NCBI GenBank assembly: GCA_951406725.2
Contig: OX597827.1
Coordinates: 21,762,001 to 21,826,000, forward strand
Source: Octopus vulgaris
Lineage: Eukaryota
Reading direction: 5' to 3'
DNA length: 64,000 bases
Shown: piece after piece, positions 60,601 to 64,000 of the stretch
How the letters are laid out: every line of letters begins with the position of its first letter
How positions within the stretch are numbered: the stretch's first letter is position 1
Notes under the pieces: model-generated
What the model saw: only the letters and a program-made list of their open reading frames with translations
Told to the model about the DNA's origin: nothing
Database searches by the model: none
Program-made: the position numbers and the translations under genes

Positions 60601-63140
60601 TGAAGGTCGAAGCAAGAAGAGGAGATGCAAAATGGGAAGAGGTGGAGGGGGGGAGGGGTGATGCAGGAAGAGGGGGTGGGTTGAGATGAAAAGTGAGACA
60701 AGTTGATACAGACAAAGGAAGTGCATTACCTGATTTGTTAGGTGCTTTCAGCTGCAGCCCTTATCAAAACAGACTAATGATGAGAATATTCCAGCTGTGA
60801 CCATCACATCATTATTTAGCATGTCCTTTAGTAAAGTGTGCTTTTAAGGATAGCTTGGCTGCTATTCCTAATCATTAAGCAACCATTTAAGGGTTTCTTC
60901 AGAGTAATCACTGTAAAGGAAGAAGTGAAATAATTACAATATCAAATCTAAAATTGTTTTCAAAAAACCAGATCAATGAGGTGTTTATGATTGGCATGCT
61001 GACCCTCCCTCCTGAGATGCCGAAGAATGTTTCAACACACACAAGTTTACTTTACATCAAGAATCTTGAAATCATCATCATCATCATCCTCATCATCAAC
61101 ACCACCACCACCACCACCACCACCACCATCATCATCATCACCATCATCATCGATTTAATGGCCACAATCCATGTTGGCATGGGTGGAAGGGTCCAAAGGC
61201 AAAAATGAAATCTTATAAATAGCTTCTTCAAAAATTTTATTCCTGAGTAATTAAAACTTCATTGTTTCTGTTGTTTTTTGTTTTGTTTTTGTAATTATTC
61301 TTGTTTTTTTCTATTTTATAGTTTAAATATTTGGAAGGTAATGTTGATGCCATCTGTGATAGAAAAAGTGAAAGAAACCTACCAGACTCTTTGTAAAATT
61401 ACTGAAAAATCTTTAACACTTGATCAGGTACAAAACATTTCTCTCCTTTTGTGAAGACTATCAAATGTCTATTTTATGCTTATTTTTTATAATCATAAAA
61501 CGTTGACTCTGTCTTGTGAGGTTTTATATCAGATGGGGGCAGGAAATGATTTGAAGACAATGTTACTTAATTTAAACAAATTAAACATTAAATCACTTTT
61601 CTCATTAAATTTTATGGCACTCTTTCGATATAACTCGACAAAATCAAAACATTTCACTTCGGATATTTCCGTGGGTTGTGGAGTAATAGTTATAACGAAA
61701 TTATGCCAGCAATGTCGTCTCATTTTAAACTTGAAGAAAAAAAGCCTTGCATATTTGTTCTAACCTGTTTCATGTGTGTATGTAAAATCCGCAAATTTCC
61801 AAGCAGAAAACAGAATCGAACTGTCATTTGCTTCCGCGGAAATACCCGAAGTGAAGTATTTTGGTTCTGTCGAGTTATATTGGAAGAATGCCGATTTTAC
61901 ATACATACATACATACATACATATGTACGTACGTACGTACATACATGCATGCATACATATATACGTACGTACATATATATATGTAGCCAGGCAAACTGAC
62001 AAACAGACAAACAAACAAACAAAGTCAGATGTAATTGCAAGAGAGGAGACTTTGCTGGTCTGGACATGTTGCATGTGAAGTATGATAAATGGGTAAGGAA
62101 GAACCGAGAAATCCAAATGGAAGAGACTGGCAGATGAAGAATATGAGCAGGGGGAAATGTGGTGAAGGAGGGTCTCAGGAAAGTGAATCTTGTGAAGGAG
62201 GTGAAAGAAGGATGGCAACAAGTGGTGAAATACTGCGATGGAGCAGACTTGACTGACCTGTGGAAAAGTGGACGCGGTGGAGGTGGCGACGATGACAATG
62301 ACGTTCATAAACCTTTCTTGAAAATAAATTGTTAAACATTTGTTTACTTTCAGTTTAAACCTGAATTATTTTCTGTTGTTGAGAAAAGCAATGAAATGTG
62401 TGGCAAAAGCTGTGTTCCTCAGTTGATGGGTTGGAAGCATGTCCTCAGCTCAGTGGTCAGCAATGCTGAAGTAATCTCTTTGGCAAACTCCAAAACTCAC
62501 CCTTTACTTTCAATGATGCCAACAAACTCTTTGCTTATGTCGCAGGTGAGTGATGCCATCTGTTGCTTAGTTTTACTTATTTCTTCCAAGTTCCTTCAAA
62601 AATTGCAATTAATTCTAAGTTACTATGTAAATGGCTGTGTGGTGATGAAGTTTGCTTTACCATCAGATAGTTCTGGGTTCAATCCCACAGCACTGCACAT
62701 TGGCTAATTTTTCAATAAAATTTCAATAAAATATTTATATTGTAGACATTTGTGTTGCCATGTTTAATTTTCCTTCTTAAATATTTCCGTTGTTTAGAAA
62801 GAGATGGAACTGATTCTAAAATCCAAGCAGAAACAAGAAGACAAAGATGAAACATTCCAGAGATTATGTAAAGAAGCTGTTATCAGAAATTGTTGTAGAT
62901 CTAATTCTTCTTATAACCAAATATCTGCAAGTTCTTTACATCTAGCTTTTAAGATGGAATCTAGTCTGCCCAGGTTAGTTTTGGATAAGATTTCAATATC
63001 AGACTCAACCGATGAACATTCGACCACAAATAGTGTGATATCTGTTTCTTCTTCATCTAGTGAAGATGAATTAGTCAAAGAGAGTAACCAAGTCTGGAAA
63101 CAGTTCCTGCAGAGTAAAGCAACTCCTTCAGATGAAGAAG
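23011..63140 (+). CDS. Uncharacterised multi-exon gene, probable divergent MUN-domain (Munc13/CAPS/CATCHR-like) helical protein; 3' end beyond the window
   Basis: 19 exons with AG/GT boundaries chain without a frameshift (2227 nt). Motifs YILEEFGLRYGVGFLYRLIVYL and KVKETYQTLCKITEKSLTLDQFKP resemble Munc13/CAPS/UNC13D segments. Gene structure is well supported; the product is an inference. Confidence 0.8.
24190..25100 (-). mobile_element. Decayed mariner transposase remnant
   Basis: VTFDE.LILYD (TGDEKW-like) and PDFSPIDYHF (YSPDL-like) motifs. Confidence 0.65.
26291..26374 (+). ncRNA. Type-I hammerhead ribozyme motif with extended stem II
   Basis: TGG-CTGATGA-TTGCT...AGCAT-GAAAC-GATC-GTA-CCA; palindromic stem III ACGATCGT; GUA cleavage triplet. 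Confidence 0.65.
26443..26848. repeat. Fold-back inverted repeat, ~175-bp arms, 44-nt spacer, next to (TA)n
   Basis: Reciprocal ORFs 26399-26722(-) and 26553-26756(+) share the same peptide; arms end at gaggcg / cgcctc. Confidence 0.95.
28525..31953 (-). mobile_element. 5'-truncated non-LTR retrotransposon (CR1/L2-group LINE): ORF1 C-terminus + APE-RT ORF2 + 3' tail
   Basis: ORF 28981-31710 has APE motifs (LNIRGL, ET, GGVA, YRPP, GDFN, LDLCF, SDH) and RT motifs (GPDG, YRPIS, QHGFR, YLDFAKAFDKV, GVPLG, YADD); (CAAT)n tail at 28525-28546. Confidence 0.93.
28615..31710 (-). pseudogene. LINE ORF2 (endonuclease-reverse transcriptase) with two in-frame TGA stops at 28981 and 28813
   Basis: Reading frame continues past both TGAs (ERR*ERYAIIYIWKILEG...LGF*GPQLFNIL...LDLFLSGIPDEP) to a stop at 28615. 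Confidence 0.85.
34494..34810. repeat. Three-copy tandem repeat: ~55-bp constant core + variable (TG)n
   Basis: core ...gttg(a/g)aa.aaac.taagtcactctgtaa..tctaccaattactaattgtg. Confidence 0.85.
34969..35016 (+). CDS. Plus-strand gene exon (HGNMFEDIHSYFKMY)
   Basis: ttttgtAG / GTAAGT, 48 nt. Confidence 0.75.
35153..35578. mobile_element. Non-autonomous TIR element (Merlin-like) with internal CCCTAA repeats
   Basis: ~28-bp TIRs GRATCTTTTCRGTTTGAA..GCAGTTTT; 8-bp flanks AAGATTTT / AAGATTTC. Confidence 0.7.
36465..36504 (+). CDS. Plus-strand gene exon (FKPTPKLIQPANR)
   Basis: ttttAG / GTAAGT, 40 nt, only the phase-consistent frame is open. Confidence 0.75.
38024..38045 (+). CDS. Plus-strand gene 22-nt micro-exon (PQPEQNR)
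   Basis: tttCAG / GTAAGT; required to bridge phase 0 to phase 1. Confidence 0.7.
38730..39300 (+). mobile_element. Two tandem 5'-truncated R4/Dong-like 3' ends separated by (TAA)n
   Basis: LEIEIGKMWNLK...IPVVIGALGMI...EIQKIVLMGTAHIL; shared 3' end caaagcaaaagtcaaaca(taa)n. Confidence 0.75.
39630..39694 (+). CDS. Plus-strand gene exon (NSNFSTPLINDTQNAVTPRTEQ)
   Basis: ttctAG / GTATGC, 65 nt. Confidence 0.75.
40630..40884 (+). CDS. Plus-strand gene exon (EILNYTYAVLCANYPFL...SKQPEL)
   Basis: ttCAG / GTAAGT, 255 nt open. Confidence 0.85.
42317..43118. mobile_element. Non-autonomous mariner derivative made of two inverted left ends
   Basis: ~220-bp inverted arms including the start MTEKAEQRICIKFCQKL; flanked by (TA)n. 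Confidence 0.8.
43248..43287 (+). ncRNA. Decayed minimal hammerhead motif in a (TA)n-flanked module
   Basis: atcatt-CTGTCGAA-GAGC(atag)GCTC-GATAC-GTA-aaagat; two core substitutions. Confidence 0.45.
44216..44296 (+). CDS. Plus-strand gene exon (LLADDLGTRLSLLERNVNTFYQPEQFT)
   Basis: long polypyrimidine tract + CAG / GTGAGT, 81 nt. Confidence 0.85.
44774..45180 (+). mobile_element. tRNA-derived SINE family A, full-length copy
   Basis: Near-identical to 1579-1950. Confidence 0.85.
45225..45428. repeat. 28-bp minisatellite, ~7 copies
   Basis: unit ttcacataccattctattg(t/c)(g/a)aaacaga. Confidence 0.92.
45444..45604 (+). CDS. Plus-strand gene exon (NNNYENWKKEERSLLGFLLQM...HYQCLSERLF)
   Basis: ttcttCAG / GTAAGT, 161 nt. 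Confidence 0.83.
46012..46617. mobile_element. Solo LTR (Gypsy-like by TSD length)
   Basis: TGTAGTG...CATTACA termini, AGAT 4-bp duplication on both sides, internal AATAAA and a 73-bp duplication. Confidence 0.75.
46783..47490 (-). mobile_element. R4/Dong-like (RLE-type) non-LTR retrotransposon fragment
   Basis: LYLSRRKGGRGL, CRMCGERGETVWHIISE, DNVARMIHWDLC, KIMWDAMIQCD motifs. Confidence 0.8.
47592..48167. mobile_element. Non-coding element inserted in (TAA)n; partial second copy at ~38130-38478
   Basis: Shared gagcagaagtag...gggtagtcatgatg...ctctcactc then (AAT)n. Confidence 0.7.
48290..48520 (-). mobile_element. 3' end of an R4/Dong-like element
   Basis: IVIGVLGSI...WLEKIG...HLQKSTLLGTARILCRVL* next to (TAA)n. 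Confidence 0.7.
48594..48693 (+). CDS. Plus-strand gene exon (YDKKCLESIGNQLYVYSNYSAYILEEFGLRYGV)
   Basis: AAG acceptor / GTGAGT, 100 nt. Confidence 0.83.
50212..50364 (+). CDS. Plus-strand gene exon (GFLYRLIVYLDLLVKYFD...TATQKE)
   Basis: taCAG / GTAAGA, 153 nt. Confidence 0.85.
52607..52706 (+). CDS. Plus-strand gene exon (IEMLQEILSKFFLNAATFLHVIIKSEQTDAEAI)
   Basis: tttCAG / GTACAA, 100 nt. Confidence 0.8.
53201..53250 (-). ncRNA. Decayed hammerhead motif
   Basis: agcta...CTGATGA-GCT(ccaacaac)AGT-AAAAC-AT-GTT-cctagct. Confidence 0.4.
53418..53953 (+). mobile_element. Repeat family C with RTE-like 3' tail and (GAT)n end (other copies ~3205-3390-, 3906-4310, 4770-5093, 13610-13930-, 41790-42056, 50424-50920-, 60262-60530-)
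   Basis: gttggc.ttaggaagggcatc.agctgtagaaactctgcc...atgctagcatggaaagcggacgttaaa(tga)n preceded by variable ~65-bp subrepeats. Confidence 0.8.
55406..55509 (+). CDS. Plus-strand gene exon (DSMIKSFNILHQLSKYLNDIPNMLEMKTEIYCMTQ)
   Basis: tttCAG / GTAAGC, 104 nt. Confidence 0.8.
56337..56690. mobile_element. Palindromic (fold-back) element; single arm also at ~5200-5406
   Basis: ...gacctgttcactgacaaaacttc / gaagtttcgtcagtgaacaggtc...; the arm matches 5200-5406. Confidence 0.85.
57643..57735 (+). CDS. Plus-strand gene exon (RMFLKLYEDALTKFSKSSSCENSKAQLTLTK)
   Basis: tttttAG / GTAAGA, 93 nt. Confidence 0.83.
58278..58345 (+). CDS. Plus-strand gene exon (ISDVINCLEQEICLIEKFKPSF)
   Basis: tttgCAG / GTAAGC, 68 nt. 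Confidence 0.8.
58924..59011 (+). CDS. Plus-strand gene exon (FDIVDEAKKCLFKYLMNDIQNIFRNENIT)
   Basis: caTAG / GTAAAT, 88 nt. Confidence 0.8.
59510..60061. mobile_element. Tc1/pogo-superfamily MITE
   Basis: TIRs CCATAAATCCTCGAG / CTCGAGGATTTACGG with TA on both sides; internal 31-bp tandem duplication. Confidence 0.8.
60129..60208 (+). CDS. Plus-strand gene exon (AEKVDLYHLVEHIYHLDSCWGTSLSE)
   Basis: ttcTAG / GTAATC, 80 nt. Confidence 0.78.
61322..61427 (+). CDS. Plus-strand gene exon (LNIWKVMLMPSVIEKVKETYQTLCKITEKSLTLDQ)
   Basis: ttaTAG / GTACAA, 106 nt. Confidence 0.82.
61560..62022 (-). mobile_element. Helitron/HINE-like relic with internal inverted repeat and (TACA)/(AAAC) microsatellites
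   Basis: 61615-61675 inverted versus 61833-61893; gacaaacagacaaac tract. Confidence 0.45.
62354..62545 (+). CDS. Plus-strand gene exon (FKPELFSVVEKSNEMCGK...NSLLMSQ)
   Basis: tttCAG / GTGAGT, 192 nt. Confidence 0.83.
62798..63140 (+). CDS. Plus-strand gene exon (KEMELILKSKQ...SSSSSEDEL...PSDEE), Ser/acid-rich
   Basis: gttTAG / GTGATT, 343 nt open. Confidence 0.78.
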
Positions 63141-63209
63141 GTGATTCACTTTTTAAATATTTCCTTTTTTTTTAATATATTTTTATTGTTCAGTGCATGC
63201 AGAGCAAAG

Positions 63210-63460
63210 AGATGTATATACAGATATATATATATATATACATATACAGAAAGATGTATATACAGAAATGTATATACAAAGATATATATATACAGAGAGA
63301 TGTGTATACAGAGAGATGTATATATAGAGATGTATATACAGAGAGAGAGATATATATATACAGAGAGATGTATACACAGAGAGATGTATATACAGAGAGA
63401 TGTATATACAGATATATATATATACATACAGAGAGATGTATATACAGATATGTATATACA
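63210..63460. repeat. Degenerate minisatellite (tatatacagagagatg)n
   Basis: Directly visible; source of the spurious low-complexity ORFs here. Confidence 0.85.
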
Positions 63461-64000
63461 AAGACAGGAACCTTGAACAAAATTTTTATTACAGGTCTTT
63501 ATGTTCTATATTCTCTGAGAAAAATTGGATTAAACTGTACAATTTTCTTGTTTCTGTTTTTACGTTGGGGAGCTAAATGTGTGTGTGTGTGTGTGTATAA
63601 AGCGATGAAACTATATATCAGTGATGGTACCCCAAAAATATACCCAGGACACCCTGTAAAGTAGTTGGCAAATGAGAATGCATAGAGTTCTGAAGCCCCT
63701 TTATTCATAACACTAGTATTAGTGTCATGAAAAATTACTCTGTAAAGTGGTTGGCTATAGGAAGGGCTTCCAGTTGTAGGGACCAAAACCAAATGACACA
63801 TACAAACACCATTCTATGGAAGCAGCAGTTCCCAACAAGGAATTACTTGCACCACAATGACTCTTTTAATCCATGCCAACACAGAAGTCATATGGTAAAT
63901 GGCTGCTGCTGCTGCTGCTAACTGTGGTGGTGGTGGTGGTGGTGGTGGTGGTGGCAGCAGCATACAGTGTATGCAATAACATTTCATCATTAATATATTA

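Noticed and set aside
63132-63664. Multiple Tyr/Ile-rich ORFs
   Set aside because: Products of the tatatacagagagatg minisatellite

Overview
AT-rich, repeat-dense eukaryotic genomic DNA, most likely a coleoid cephalopod such as Octopus (inferred from the tRNA-derived SINE families and microsatellite content). Two spliced genes point away from each other. (1) On the minus strand are the first 10 exons of CDC23/APC8 (ATG at 17198, running off the left edge, ~413 codons here). (2) On the plus strand is an unnamed gene with 19 phase-consistent GT-AG exons (about 23011 to beyond 63140, ~742 codons here; the first exon is tentative). Its translation resembles a divergent Munc13/CAPS MUN-domain protein. 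The introns hold a near-intact CR1/L2-type LINE, R4/Dong-type fragments in (TAA)n tracts, a solo LTR, mariner/pogo/Merlin/Helitron-like relics and many SINEs. The most unusual signal is a set of modules, mostly next to (TA)n, that carry minimal type-I hammerhead-ribozyme motifs. One has a G3:C8 core swap and one has a greatly extended stem II. Several long fold-back repeats have hammerhead remnants in their spacers, which suggests a Penelope-like/retrozyme-type non-autonomous system. All calls are by-eye reading; no database searches were run.
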